Assembly: GCA_031372065.1 (NCBI GenBank)
Contig: JANMKN010000207.1
Location: 1-59,309, forward strand
Length of the DNA stretch: 59,309 nt
Reading direction: 5' to 3'
Source: Abditibacteriaceae bacterium
GTDB taxonomy: Bacteria > Armatimonadota > Abditibacteriia > Abditibacteriales > Abditibacteriaceae
Both the position numbers and the translations under genes were made by a program. A model generated the notes under the pieces. The model had not been told where the DNA came from, ran no database searches, and saw nothing but the letters and a program-made list of their open reading frames with translations. Below, piece after piece: positions 1-9,378 of the stretch (position 1 is its first letter; each line of letters opens with the position of its first letter).

Positions 1-823
1 AGACACCCTTCCCCTTTGCCGTTTCAAGGGGAAGGGCCGGGGATGGGGTTTTCTGCCGAAACACTTCGGCAAGGCAAATACTGGCGGCCATGGCAACATT
101 GAGCGAATCGCTGCGCCCACTCATCGGAATTTGGATGATGTCATCGCAAAGATTTTGTTGCGATGCGGAAAGTCCCTGCCGTTCGCTGCCCATCCACAAA
201 ATCGGGCGCGGCCCAAAGCAGAAATTAAAATGGGCGGTTCCGCCCTGCGGTGATGTGCCTATAAGTTGGCAGTTGTGGCACGTTTTCCAATCTAAAAAAT
301 CCTTCATTGAAGCACGCACTAACTGGATGTTGAACAAAGCGCCCATGCTGGCGCGCACGCAAGTCGCATCGAAGGGGTCAATTTTGTCGCCCAGCAAAAT
401 TAAGCTGGCGCCAAAGGCTTCGGCGCTGCGAATTATCGTGCCCAAATTGCCCGGCGTGCGAATTTCGTCAAGCGCCAGCCAAGAGCCGTCGGGCGCTGCA
501 TCGGCTAATTGTGTCCAATGCTGCCGCGCGACAACAAAAACGCCTTGCGGTTCTTCGCTGTGCGAGATTTGCAAATATTCGGTTTTCGTCAGTTGCGAAC
601 AAGGCACGCCGCGCTTGCGCAATTGGCGCAGCAAACGATGGGCGAACGGGTTGGAAAGTAGGGCGGGGCAGTAAAACAGGGCTTCGAGAGAGGAGGGCGA
701 TGCAGCAACTTCGAAGAGCGCGCGCACGCCTTCGGCATAGAAAAGCTGATGGCAGTCACGCGCGGCGCGTTGGCGCAAGGCCAGCAAGGTGGAAAACAAA
801 CAACGATTTTTCGACAAATTCAT
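1..823 (-). CDS. TrmH/SpoU-family RNA methyltransferase (3' end runs off the window; not in ORF track)
   Basis: Manual minus-strand translation from ATG at 823: MNLSKNRCLF...FYAEGVR...EEPQGVF...LALDEIRTPGNLGTIIRSAEAFGA...RASMGALF...MGSERQGLS...IQIPMSGRSDSLNVAMAASI. All three SpoU motifs are present and there is no stop before position 1. Confidence 0.9.
   Translation of the reverse strand, partial: MNLSKNRCLFSTLLALRQRAARDCHQLFYAEGVRALFEVAASPSSLEALFYCPALLSNPFAHRLLRQLRKRGVPCSQLTKTEYLQISHSEEPQGVFVVARQHWTQLADAAPDGSWLALDEIRTPGNLGTIIRSAEAFGASLILLGDKIDPFDATCVRASMGALFNIQLVRASMKDFLDWKTCHNCQLIGTSPQGGTAHFNFCFGPRPILWMGSERQGLSASQQNLCDDIIQIPMSGRSDSLNVAMAASICLAEVFRQKTPSPALPLETAKGKGV
6..48. repeat. REP-like GC-rich palindrome (CCC..CCCCGGCCC[T]TCCC-loop-GGG[G]AAGGG family)
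   Basis: cccttcccc-tttgccgtttcaa-ggggaagggccggggatgggg; same architecture as the copies at 59171-59309. Confidence 0.6.
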
Positions 824-1056
824 GTGTCATGGACAAAATGTCCTTTGAGGCCCATAGATTTTCGCGATACCAGCGAAGCGGGCACTTTTGATTTTAAATG
901 TGGCAAGCAAACAATGCCAGCAAAAAAATGTTTCTGTGGAGCAAAAATCGCCTTCTGTCTTTCGCGAGAAGCGCGACAGCGTTATAATTTCGTTGCCGAT
1001 ATTATCACAGGAACGAAGCAAAAATTCACGCTCAATTGTTCCTCCAAGGGATTTCC

Positions 1057-2118
1057 ATGAATCGTTTATCACCGCTGTTTCCCATGCTGGGCGCCACTGT
1101 GGCGCTATCGTTTGCGTTGACTGGCTGCAACCAAACCACTGATCAGACCGCCCAAACCTCGCCCTCTCCGTCTGCTTCAGGCGCGCCTACTGGCTCCGGC
1201 CCCGGCGCTATGGCTATGGCGACTGTGGGCAAAGATGAAAAAATCAAAGTCGCTTTTGTGACCAACAATCCGTCCGATTTCTGGACGATTGCCAAAAAAG
1301 GCTGCGAAAAAGCGGACGCTGAACTGCCGAATCTGGATTTCGAGTTTCGTATGCCCGCCAACGGCACGGCTGCCGAGCAAACGCAAATCGTGGATGACCT
1401 GCTCGCCAAAGGCGTCAAAGGCATCGCCATTAGTCCCAAAGACCCGGCCAACCAAACCAGTATGTTGAACAAGGCGGCTGCGCAGGTTTTGCTGGTCACG
1501 CAAGACAGCGACGCGGCTGACAGCAATCGCGCTTGTTATGTTGGCACGGATAACAAAGCCGCAGGCAAGCAGGCGGGCGAAGAAATCAAGAAAGCGCTGC
1601 CCAATGGCGGCAAAATCATGGTCTTTGTCGGCAGCAAGGACGCGCAAAATGCGCAAGATCGCTATAAAGGCATCGAAGAGGCCCTTAAAGGCTCGAAAGT
1701 GCAGATTCTTGATATTCGCACCGACGAAGCTGACCGTGCCAAAGCCAAAAACAACGCCGCCGACACCCTTGTGAAAACGCCCGATATCGCCGCTTTAGTT
1801 GGTTTGTGGAGTTATAATGGCCCTGCGATTCTCGAAGCTGTCAAGGACTCCGGTAAAATCGGCAAAGTGAAAATTATTTGCTTTGACGAAGAAGACCCGA
1901 CTTTAGCCGGCGTGAAAAGCGGCGCCATTACCGCGACAGTGGTGCAGCAGCCCTTTAAATTTGGTTACGAATCGCTGAAATTGATGGACAAAGCGCTACG
2001 CGAAGGCGCGAAAGCCATTCCCGCCAGCAAAATGCAAATTGTGCCCACCAAAGTGGTCAACAAAGCCAATGTGGAAGCGTTTACCAAAGAACTGAACGTG
2101 ATGCGCGGGCGCAAATAG
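1057..2118 (+). CDS. Sugar ABC transporter substrate-binding lipoprotein (RbsB/Peripla_BP type)
   Basis: Lipobox ALTGC, then FVTNNPSDFW, GIAISP, YVGTDNKAAG, ICFDE, TVVQQPFKFGY; start moved to ATG 1057. Confidence 0.9.
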   Translation: MNRLSPLFPMLGATVALSFALTGCNQTTDQTAQTSPSPSASGAPTGSGPGAMAMATVGKDEKIKVAFVTNNPSDFWTIAKKGCEKADAELPNLDFEFRMPANGTAAEQTQIVDDLLAKGVKGIAISPKDPANQTSMLNKAAAQVLLVTQDSDAADSNRACYVGTDNKAAGKQAGEEIKKALPNGGKIMVFVGSKDAQNAQDRYKGIEEALKGSKVQILDIRTDEADRAKAKNNAADTLVKTPDIAALVGLWSYNGPAILEAVKDSGKIGKVKIICFDEEDPTLAGVKSGAITATVVQQPFKFGYESLKLMDKALREGAKAIPASKMQIVPTKVVNKANVEAFTKELNVMRGRK

Positions 2119-2131
2119 GAATCGTTGCTTG

Positions 2132-2171
2132 CAATAAAGGCCGGAGAGGCTTATGCCTCCGGCCTTTATTG
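2132..2171 (+). terminator. Intercistronic stem-loop between binding protein and permease (terminator or mRNA stabiliser)
   Basis: caataaaggccggag...ctccggcctttattg inverted repeat. Confidence 0.7.
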
Positions 2172-2227
2172 TTGTATATTCGTTGTCGGTTTAGAGTGAA
2201 TGCGCAAGCGATTTACGGAGTGAGTGG

Positions 2228-3178
2228 ATGAAGAAAGAGTTTGGCCTGTTCGCGCTATTGTTGTTGTTATGCATTGGCACCGCCGTAAAAGACCCTCAGC
2301 ATTTTTTGTCACCGGCCAATTTGCAAAACACCTCGAAACAAATCGGGATGTTTGGCATTTTCAGCATCGGCATTGCGTTTGTCATCATCACTGGCGGCAT
2401 TGATTTGTCGGTTGGCTCGGTCATGGCGTTGATTGGCGTTTTATTTTCCATCATGCTCAATGACCGGCAAATGTCGCCTATTATTGGCATCATAGCGATG
2501 CTCGGCATTGGCGTTTTGGTCGGGCTTTTTCATGCCGGAATGATAACCAAAGCCAAAATGCAGCCGTTTATCGTCACTTTAGGCGGCTTGATGCTTTATC
2601 GCGGCATGGCGCGCTTTATTGCCAACGATGAATCCAAAGGTTTTGGTCAGGTCAAGGGTTTCGATGCGATGCAGTCGGCTTTCATGGACCCATTGTTTGG
2701 CGTGCCAGTGCCTTTCATTTTGTTGATTTTCATTTCTATCATCATGTGGTTTGTGTTGCATCGCTCGGTTTACGGGCGCCATCTTTTTGCGGTTGGCAGC
2801 AACGAACAAGCCTCGCGCTATGCGGGCATCAACACAACGCGCATTATTTCCATTGCTTACGTCATTTGCGGCCTGCTCACGGCCATTTCCGGCATTCTAT
2901 TTTTGTTTTTTACGCCTTCGATTTCGGCTTCCAACCACGCCAACCCATATGAACTTTACGGCATTGCAGCGGCGGTTTTGGGCGGTTGCAGCTTGCGCGG
3001 CGGCGAAGGCTCGATTATCGGCATTTTGCTGGGCACCGCGCTGCTTTGCGTGCTACGCAACATCATCAACTTGCTTAGCATCCCGTCTTCGATGGAATTA
3101 GCCATTATCGGCGGCGTCATTCTCATCGGCGTTTTGGCCGACCAACTTTTGCAAAATAGGCGCTTAGTGCGTGTTTGA
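2228..3178 (+). CDS. Sugar ABC transporter permease (RbsC/BPD_transp_2)
   Basis: IITGGIDLSVGS, QPFIVTLG, YGRHLFAVGSNEQASRYAGI, YELYGIAAAVLGGCSLRGGEG; very hydrophobic. Confidence 0.93.
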   Translation: MKKEFGLFALLLLLCIGTAVKDPQHFLSPANLQNTSKQIGMFGIFSIGIAFVIITGGIDLSVGSVMALIGVLFSIMLNDRQMSPIIGIIAMLGIGVLVGLFHAGMITKAKMQPFIVTLGGLMLYRGMARFIANDESKGFGQVKGFDAMQSAFMDPLFGVPVPFILLIFISIIMWFVLHRSVYGRHLFAVGSNEQASRYAGINTTRIISIAYVICGLLTAISGILFLFFTPSISASNHANPYELYGIAAAVLGGCSLRGGEGSIIGILLGTALLCVLRNIINLLSIPSSMELAIIGGVILIGVLADQLLQNRRLVRV

Positions 3179-3193
3179 CTGCCAAGAAACTTT

Positions 3194-5881
3194 ATGAAGA
3201 ACAGACGTTTTTTTTCGCTGTATATGGCCTTAACGCCCATTTTGATTGCGCCTGCCGTAGCGCAAAACGTCACAGACAACCCTATGCTCACCGGACGCGT
3301 GCCGGCTGTGCCTTTGGTAGCGCATGATCCGTATTTCAGCGTTTGGAGCATGGCCGACAAATTGACCGATGAGCCGACCAAACACTGGACGGGTGCCCAG
3401 CAGCCGTTGACTGGCCTTGTGCGCATTGATGGCAAGGCGTTTCGCTTTTGCGGCACAAATCCAGTAGATTTTCCGGTTCTGGCGCAAGTGAATAACGAAA
3501 TCACGCCCACGCGCAGCATTTATACCTTTGAAGGCGATGGCGTGCGCTTGAAAGTCACGTTTCTTTCGCCACAACTGCCGGATGATATTGAAGTGATGTC
3601 GCGTCCGGTGACCTACATCACCTTCGAGCCGTCGAGTTTGGACGGCAAAACGCACCGCGTGGCGGTTTATTTCGATGCCGATGCGCGTCTTGCTGTAGAT
3701 AGCGCCGACCAAGTTGTGCAGGCCGAACGCGCCGAAATTAAAGGCATGGACAGCGTGCGCGTTGGCACCACGACGCAGCCGATTTTAAAGCGCAAAGGCG
3801 ATAACCTGCGCATTGATTGGGGCTACGCTTATCTGTCAGCACCAAAATCGGCCACGCGTCGTTATTGGCCTTCAGGCGCGGGCAACGATATGGTTCGTTC
3901 GGGCGGTGCCGTCAGCCAAATTGTGGCGCTTGCACCGCAAAGTGCCCGCCTGAGTTTTGCGCAAACGGGCGATTTTCCGGTGCAAGAAGTTGTGGCGCCC
4001 ATTTCGGCAGAGAATTCATCGGTTTTAGCCGCGCTGTGCGATTTTGGCAAAGTGGGCAAAATGTCCAAGCCGCAGCATCTCTTGCTGGCTTACGACGATT
4101 TATATTCCATTGACTTGATGGGCCATCAACTGCGCCCGTTTTGGCGGCGCACTGGCTGGGACGCGTCGCGGCTTTTGCAAAATGCCGAAAATGATTATCT
4201 TTCGCTGCAAAAGCGTTGCGCCGATTTCGATAATAAATTAATGCGCGATGCGCAAAATATCGGCGGCGATTCGTATGCGCGCCTGATTGCCCTTTCTTAT
4301 CGTCAAACGCTGGCTGCGCACAAAATCGTCGCGGACGACCAAGGCCGCGCCCTGCACTTTTCCAAAGAAAACTTTTCCAATGGCTGCATTGCCACGGTGG
4401 ACATAGCTTATCCGACGGCGCCGTTTTTTCTGCTGCTCAATCCCGAATTGCTCAAAGGGCAGTTGAAACCTGTTCTCGATTATGCCGCTTCGCCGCGCTG
4501 GAAATGGCCTTTTGCGCCGCACGATTTGGGCACTTATCCTAAAGCAACGGGGCAGGTTTATGGCGGCGGCGAACGCACCGAAGAAAACCAAATGCCCGTC
4601 GAAGAATCGGGCAATATGCTGATTATGCTGGCGGCGCTGGCAAAAGTTGAAGGTAACGCCGATTTCGTCAAACCGTATTGGCCGCTACTCGCAAAATGGG
4701 CCGCTTATTTGAAAGATAATGGTCTCGACCCGGAAAATCAGCTTTCCACCGACGACTTTGCCGGTCATTTGGCGCATAACACCAACCTTTCCATCAAAGC
4801 CATTGTCGCTTTGGGCGGCTACGCGCAATTGTGCGAAATGGCCGGACGCACGGGCGAAGCCAAAACCTATCGTGATGCTTCGCAAGACATGGCGAAGAAA
4901 TGGGCGCCGATGGCCGAAGATGGCGATCATTATCGCTTGGCCTTCGATAAACCGAACACTTGGAGCCAAAAATACAATATCGTGTGGGACAAACTGCTCA
5001 ATCTCGGCTTGTTTTCGCCCGCGATTGTCAAAAAAGAACTGGCTTATTACGACAAGAAAATGGCGCCTTACGGTTTGCCTTTGGATAATCGGCGCGGCTA
5101 CACCAAACTCGACTGGTGCGTGTGGACGGCCACTTTAGCCGACAACAAAGCCGAATTTGAAAAGCACATTGCGCCGCTGGAAAAATTCTTCCGCGCCACG
5201 CCGCAACGCGTGCCACTCAGTGACTGGTTTGAAACCGGCGATGCTCGTCAATCGGGTTTTCAAGCGCGTTCGGTGGTCGGCGGCGTGTTCATCAAATACT
5301 TGGACGACGCGGCTTTATGGAAAAAATGGGCTTCCCAAGGCGGCACCGTCAAATTGACCAATAGGCCGACAAGCCGCATGGTCGTTGTTGATTCCCAAGT
5401 CATTATGCCCTCGGCGCTGGACGACAAAAACATCCTGTGGCGCTATCGCACCGAAAAGCCTGCCGACGGCTGGGAAAAATCCGCTTACGGCGATGGCGAT
5501 TGGAAAACCGGCGCCGGTGGTTTTGGTTCGCAAGGCACGCCAAGCGCGTTGAACGGCACAGAGTGGACTTTGCCCGATATTTGGCTGCGCCGCAAATTCA
5601 CTTTGCCTGCCATCACGCCGGAACTGCTGCGCAACTTGAAACTGCGAATGCACCACGACGAAGATGCCGAGGTTTACATCAACGGCGTGTTGGCCTCGCG
5701 CGCTGGCGGCTACACCTCCGATTACGAATTTGAAGCTATCAGCGGCGCGGCATTGAGCGCCTTGCATCCCGGCGAAAATCTGCTGGCGATTCACGTTCAC
5801 CAAACCGGCGGCGGGCAGTATATTGATGCCGGTTTGTCCACTTACAGCGAAAGAATTGTCGAAGGCGACGCAAAACAGTAA
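3194..5881 (+). CDS. Secreted GtaA 'glutaminase A'-like (DUF5127/DUF4965/DUF1793-type) protein with C-terminal galactose-binding-like domain
   Basis: Signal peptide; PAVPLVAHDPYFSVWS, RIDWGY, SKENFSNGCIATVD, APHDLGTYP, MPVEESGNM, QLSTDDFAG, YTKLDW, QARSVVGG; C-terminal WRY...IWLRRKF...HHDEDAEVYING...QTGGGQYID. Confidence 0.8.
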   Translation: MKNRRFFSLYMALTPILIAPAVAQNVTDNPMLTGRVPAVPLVAHDPYFSVWSMADKLTDEPTKHWTGAQQPLTGLVRIDGKAFRFCGTNPVDFPVLAQVNNEITPTRSIYTFEGDGVRLKVTFLSPQLPDDIEVMSRPVTYITFEPSSLDGKTHRVAVYFDADARLAVDSADQVVQAERAEIKGMDSVRVGTTTQPILKRKGDNLRIDWGYAYLSAPKSATRRYWPSGAGNDMVRSGGAVSQIVALAPQSARLSFAQTGDFPVQEVVAPISAENSSVLAALCDFGKVGKMSKPQHLLLAYDDLYSIDLMGHQLRPFWRRTGWDASRLLQNAENDYLSLQKRCADFDNKLMRDAQNIGGDSYARLIALSYRQTLAAHKIVADDQGRALHFSKENFSNGCIATVDIAYPTAPFFLLLNPELLKGQLKPVLDYAASPRWKWPFAPHDLGTYPKATGQVYGGGERTEENQMPVEESGNMLIMLAALAKVEGNADFVKPYWPLLAKWAAYLKDNGLDPENQLSTDDFAGHLAHNTNLSIKAIVALGGYAQLCEMAGRTGEAKTYRDASQDMAKKWAPMAEDGDHYRLAFDKPNTWSQKYNIVWDKLLNLGLFSPAIVKKELAYYDKKMAPYGLPLDNRRGYTKLDWCVWTATLADNKAEFEKHIAPLEKFFRATPQRVPLSDWFETGDARQSGFQARSVVGGVFIKYLDDAALWKKWASQGGTVKLTNRPTSRMVVVDSQVIMPSALDDKNILWRYRTEKPADGWEKSAYGDGDWKTGAGGFGSQGTPSALNGTEWTLPDIWLRRKFTLPAITPELLRNLKLRMHHDEDAEVYINGVLASRAGGYTSDYEFEAISGAALSALHPGENLLAIHVHQTGGGQYIDAGLSTYSERIVEGDAKQ

Positions 5882-5950
5882 CGCCAAAGAAAGTCATTCC
5901 AAAGCCGTTTTGGAATGACTTTCTTTTTGGCGGCGCTTACACTTTCTTTG

Positions 5951-6667
5951 ATGAAAATTACCCTGTTTGTGCCTTGCTATGTGGACGCCATGTTTCCCAA
6001 AAGCGCGTGGAGCGTGGTGCGCGTTTTGGAAAAACTCGGCCATCAAATCGAAGTGCCGAAAAGCATTACCTGCTGCGGCCAGCCGCCGTTTAACTCCGGC
6101 TATTGGAACGAAGCGCGCCAAGTCGCCGCGCCGGTTTTGCAGGCTTTGCAAGACGCCGAAGCCGTTGTGGTGCCGTCCGGCTCGTGCGCCACGATGATTA
6201 AAGTTTTTTATCCGCAATTGTTTCATGACACGCCGCAGGAAAGCGCCGCGCACGAAATCGGCGAGCGCATCTGGGAATTTTCCGACTTTCTGGTCAATAA
6301 ACTCGGCGTGACGGATGTCGGCGCGCGTTTTCCTCATCGCGTTACATTTCATGATGGCTGTCACGGACTGCGCGAATTGGATGTCAAAACGCAGCCGCGC
6401 ACCTTATTGGAAAACGTGCAGGGTTTGGAACTGATTGAAATGAGCGAAGCGCACACCTGTTGCGGCTTCGGCGGCGCCTTTGCCGTCAAATACGCCGATA
6501 TTTCGGGGGCGATGGGCGAAGTCAAATGCGATTCCGCGCTGCAAACCGGCGCGGAATATTTGGTTTCCAACGATTCCAGTTGCCTGATGCACATTCAAGG
6601 AATGCTGGCGCGCCAAAAACGCAAACTAAAAACCCTGCACTTGGCCGAAGTTTTGGCGAGTGAGTGA
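5951..6667 (+). CDS. lutA: CCG-domain Fe-S protein, LutA/YkgE family (L-lactate oxidation subunit)
   Basis: LFVPCYVD, TCCGQPPFNSG, PSGSCATM, FHDGCHGLREL, TCCGFGGAFAVK, DSSCLMHI; start moved to ATG 5951. Confidence 0.85.
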   Translation: MKITLFVPCYVDAMFPKSAWSVVRVLEKLGHQIEVPKSITCCGQPPFNSGYWNEARQVAAPVLQALQDAEAVVVPSGSCATMIKVFYPQLFHDTPQESAAHEIGERIWEFSDFLVNKLGVTDVGARFPHRVTFHDGCHGLRELDVKTQPRTLLENVQGLELIEMSEAHTCCGFGGAFAVKYADISGAMGEVKCDSALQTGAEYLVSNDSSCLMHIQGMLARQKRKLKTLHLAEVLASE

Positions 6668-6744
6668 AAAAGAAGCGCTAATTCTGATAAATTCTCTCGT
6701 TTTGAGTTTTTGAACATTGCACCGGGGCCGATAAGAGCTATTTT

Positions 6745-6764
6745 GCCCGATAACTAATCGGGGC
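6745..6764. promoter_or_regulatory. Palindromic candidate operator upstream of sulfite/nitrite reductase
   Basis: CCCGAT-aacta-ATCGGG dyad about 100 bp before the GTG start. Confidence 0.35.
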
Positions 6765-6865
6765 TTAATTAAATCACAGGCAGCGGATAGACTATGAAAC
6801 CGCTATGCGGTCAAAGCGCCTTCTGGTGCCTTGCCGGGGCGAATTTGTGAAGAGAAGGTTTTGCT

Positions 6866-9148
6866 GTGCAAGAAACATTTACATCTTGGAAACAGGCACT
6901 GGGCGAGCAAATGCCCGCTGATTGGGCCAACGAAATTGACATCTATGAAGGGCAGTTGCAGTTGCGCAAGCAAGGCAAGATTGACGAAAAAGTCTTTGCC
7001 GAAACGCGCTTGCGGCGCGGTGCCTATGGGCAGCGCTACGACAACGGACAGCGACACAATGGCATCGAAACGCGCCAATTGCCCTACGAAGACAAGCCTA
7101 CCAAAGGCCACGAAACCGTTTGGGACGCGCCCGGCATGGTGCGCATCAAGATTCCATACGGCGGCTGGTCGCCCGAACAAATGGAAGTTATCGCGGCCCT
7201 CGCCGAAGAATATTCCGATGCCATTCTGCACGTCACCACGCGTCAGGATATTCAGCTTCACTATGTTCACATCGAAGACACGCCCGATTTAATGCGCCGT
7301 TTGGCGGCTGTGGGCGTGACAACGCGCGAAGCGTGCGGCAACTCGGTGCGCAACATTACGGCGTGTCCTTTGGCGGGCGTTTGCAACACCGAAGCCTTTG
7401 ATGTTTCGCCTTACGCGGCGGCCATGATGCGCTTTTTGCTGGGCCATCCCGATGTGCAGGATTTCGGACGCAAGTTCAAACCGGCTTTTAGCGGCTGCGA
7501 AGCCGAAGCGTGCGGCCTTGTAAATATGCACGACGCCGGTTTCTTGGCGCAAATGAAAGACGGCAAGCGCGGCTTTAAAGTCTTTATTGGCGGAGGTCTT
7601 GGCGCCGTGCCGCATTTTGCCAAGGTGATGAGCGAATTCACGCCTGAAGAAGAATTGTTGCCGCAAATGCAAGCCGTGGCGCGCGTTTTTGCACGCTATG
7701 GCGAGCGCAAAAATCGCAACCGCGCGCGGGTGAAATTCCTCGTCGCCAAACTCGGCATCGAAGAATTTGCGCGACTTGTCGAAGAAGAACGCGCCACGCT
7801 GCCTTTCGATTCGCGCTGGACGGATTATCTGAAAGATATGCCGCACACACAGGGCGCGCCGGTTCGTGCGCCCCAAGCGCTTAACGGCGGCGCGCCGCAG
7901 AAGTCGGAGGGCTTCGAGGAATGGCACCGCACCAACGTTTATCAGCAGCGCCAAGAAGGTTACACCGCGATTACGCTGAATTTGCCGCTGGGCGACATTA
8001 CCTCCGATCAAACGCGCGCTTTGGCCGACATTGCACGCAAATACGTCGGCGATAATATGCGCACTACCGTGGAGCAAAATCTGATGTTGCGCTTTGTGAG
8101 CGAAGCCGATTTGCCCGCGATTCATAGCGAACTCAAAGCCGTCGGCTTGGCGGCTGCCGGAGCCAGCACTGTGGTGGATGTGGTTTCCTGCCCCGGCACC
8201 GATACTTGCAAACTCGGCATCGCCAGTTCGCGCGGACTGGGCGGCGAATTGCGCAATCATCTGATTGCCAAAGGCGATTTGCTCAATCCGGCTATCAAAG
8301 GCTTGCACATCAAAACGTCGGGCTGTTTCAACAGTTGCGGACAGCATCACGTCGCCGACATCGGCTTTTTCGGCAACAGCCGCAAAGCGGGCGGCTTCGC
8401 CGTCCCACATTTTCAAGTGGTTTTGGGCGGACAGTGGGAAAACAACGCGGGCAGCTACGGTTTGGCTGTGGGCGCCGTGCCCAGCAAAGCGATTCCGGCT
8501 TTGGTGGACGCCTTAACCGAAAAATATGCTGCCGAACGCCAAGACGGCGAAGTGTTTCGCGATTGGGTGGCGCGTTTGGGCAAGAAAGAAATTCGCGCGT
8601 TCATCGAGCCGTTCATGAAAGTGCCGGATCGCAGCGTAGACGCCTCGTATTACTCCGATTGGGGCGATCCGCGCGAGTTTTCCATCGGCGACATAACGCA
8701 GGGCGAGTGCGCGGGCGAAATGGTTTCACTGTTCGCCATCGAAATCGTCACCGCCGACTCGCTGGCCTTCGAAGCGCAAGAAGCGTTGGAAGACAAAGAA
8801 TACGTCAAGGCCGACCAATTGGGCTATAATGCCATGCTAACGGCGGCGCGTTCGCTGATTCGCACGCAGTTCATTGACATTACGGAAAACCCCGATCACA
8901 TCGTCAGCGAATTTCGCAAGCGCTTTGTGGACACGCAGTTGTTTTTCGATAAATACATGGGCAGCCAGTTCGCCAACTATTTGCTGCTTCGTCACGAAAG
9001 CGCGCCGGATCGCTTGGACGAAGACCACGCGCAACGCATCGCGCAAGAAGCGCAACTTTTCATTGAAGCCTGCTACGCCTGCGAAGCCCGCCTGAGCGCC
9101 GCTGCCGCCGCCAAAGCGACGGAATTAGACGCTTTCAACTTGATTTAA
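6866..9148 (+). CDS. Ferredoxin-dependent sulfite/nitrite reductase (siroheme, 4Fe-4S) with C-terminal helical extension
   Basis: GAYGQR, MVRIKIPYG, HVTTRQDIQ, ACGNSVRN, RKFK, NRNRARVK, RTTVEQNL, SCPGTDTCKLG, SGCFNSCGQH; GTG start. Confidence 0.9.
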   Translation: MQETFTSWKQALGEQMPADWANEIDIYEGQLQLRKQGKIDEKVFAETRLRRGAYGQRYDNGQRHNGIETRQLPYEDKPTKGHETVWDAPGMVRIKIPYGGWSPEQMEVIAALAEEYSDAILHVTTRQDIQLHYVHIEDTPDLMRRLAAVGVTTREACGNSVRNITACPLAGVCNTEAFDVSPYAAAMMRFLLGHPDVQDFGRKFKPAFSGCEAEACGLVNMHDAGFLAQMKDGKRGFKVFIGGGLGAVPHFAKVMSEFTPEEELLPQMQAVARVFARYGERKNRNRARVKFLVAKLGIEEFARLVEEERATLPFDSRWTDYLKDMPHTQGAPVRAPQALNGGAPQKSEGFEEWHRTNVYQQRQEGYTAITLNLPLGDITSDQTRALADIARKYVGDNMRTTVEQNLMLRFVSEADLPAIHSELKAVGLAAAGASTVVDVVSCPGTDTCKLGIASSRGLGGELRNHLIAKGDLLNPAIKGLHIKTSGCFNSCGQHHVADIGFFGNSRKAGGFAVPHFQVVLGGQWENNAGSYGLAVGAVPSKAIPALVDALTEKYAAERQDGEVFRDWVARLGKKEIRAFIEPFMKVPDRSVDASYYSDWGDPREFSIGDITQGECAGEMVSLFAIEIVTADSLAFEAQEALEDKEYVKADQLGYNAMLTAARSLIRTQFIDITENPDHIVSEFRKRFVDTQLFFDKYMGSQFANYLLLRHESAPDRLDEDHAQRIAQEAQLFIEACYACEARLSAAAAAKATELDAFNLI

Positions 9149-9165
9149 CCTTCCAGGAGTGTGCC

Positions 9166-9335
9166 TGAGGGATTGAGTTTGAAATTCAGAAACGTAACTT
9201 CCCTCCCTTCGGGAGGGATTGAGGGAGGGCATAACGGCGGTATAACCGCCGTTACCCCCACCTAATCCTGCCCGCAAGCGGGCACCCGCCCAAAGGGGAG
9301 GGACTACGCTTTTGAATCTCAAACTCAATCCCTCA
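9166..9335. repeat. 170-bp nested inverted-repeat element (MITE/BIME-like)
   Basis: Left end tgagggattgagtttgaaattcagaaacgta closely matches the reverse complement of right end tacgcttttgaatctcaaactcaatccctca; internal ccctccc/gggaggg hairpins and central taacggcgg-tata-accgccgtta. Confidence 0.75.
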
Positions 9336-9378
9336 AGTTCAAGCTCCCTGTGAATAGATTTTTATTCACTTTAATCCC

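Noticed and set aside
90..1142. Listed ORFs at 90-674, 511-891, 749-1060, 827-1072 and 888-1142
   Set aside because: Shadows of the minus-strand TrmH gene and the divergent promoter region.
7289..8416. Long antisense ORFs (375 aa here; also 15700-16731, 34116-35126 and 57383-58438)
   Set aside because: All lie opposite well-supported genes and reflect codon bias.
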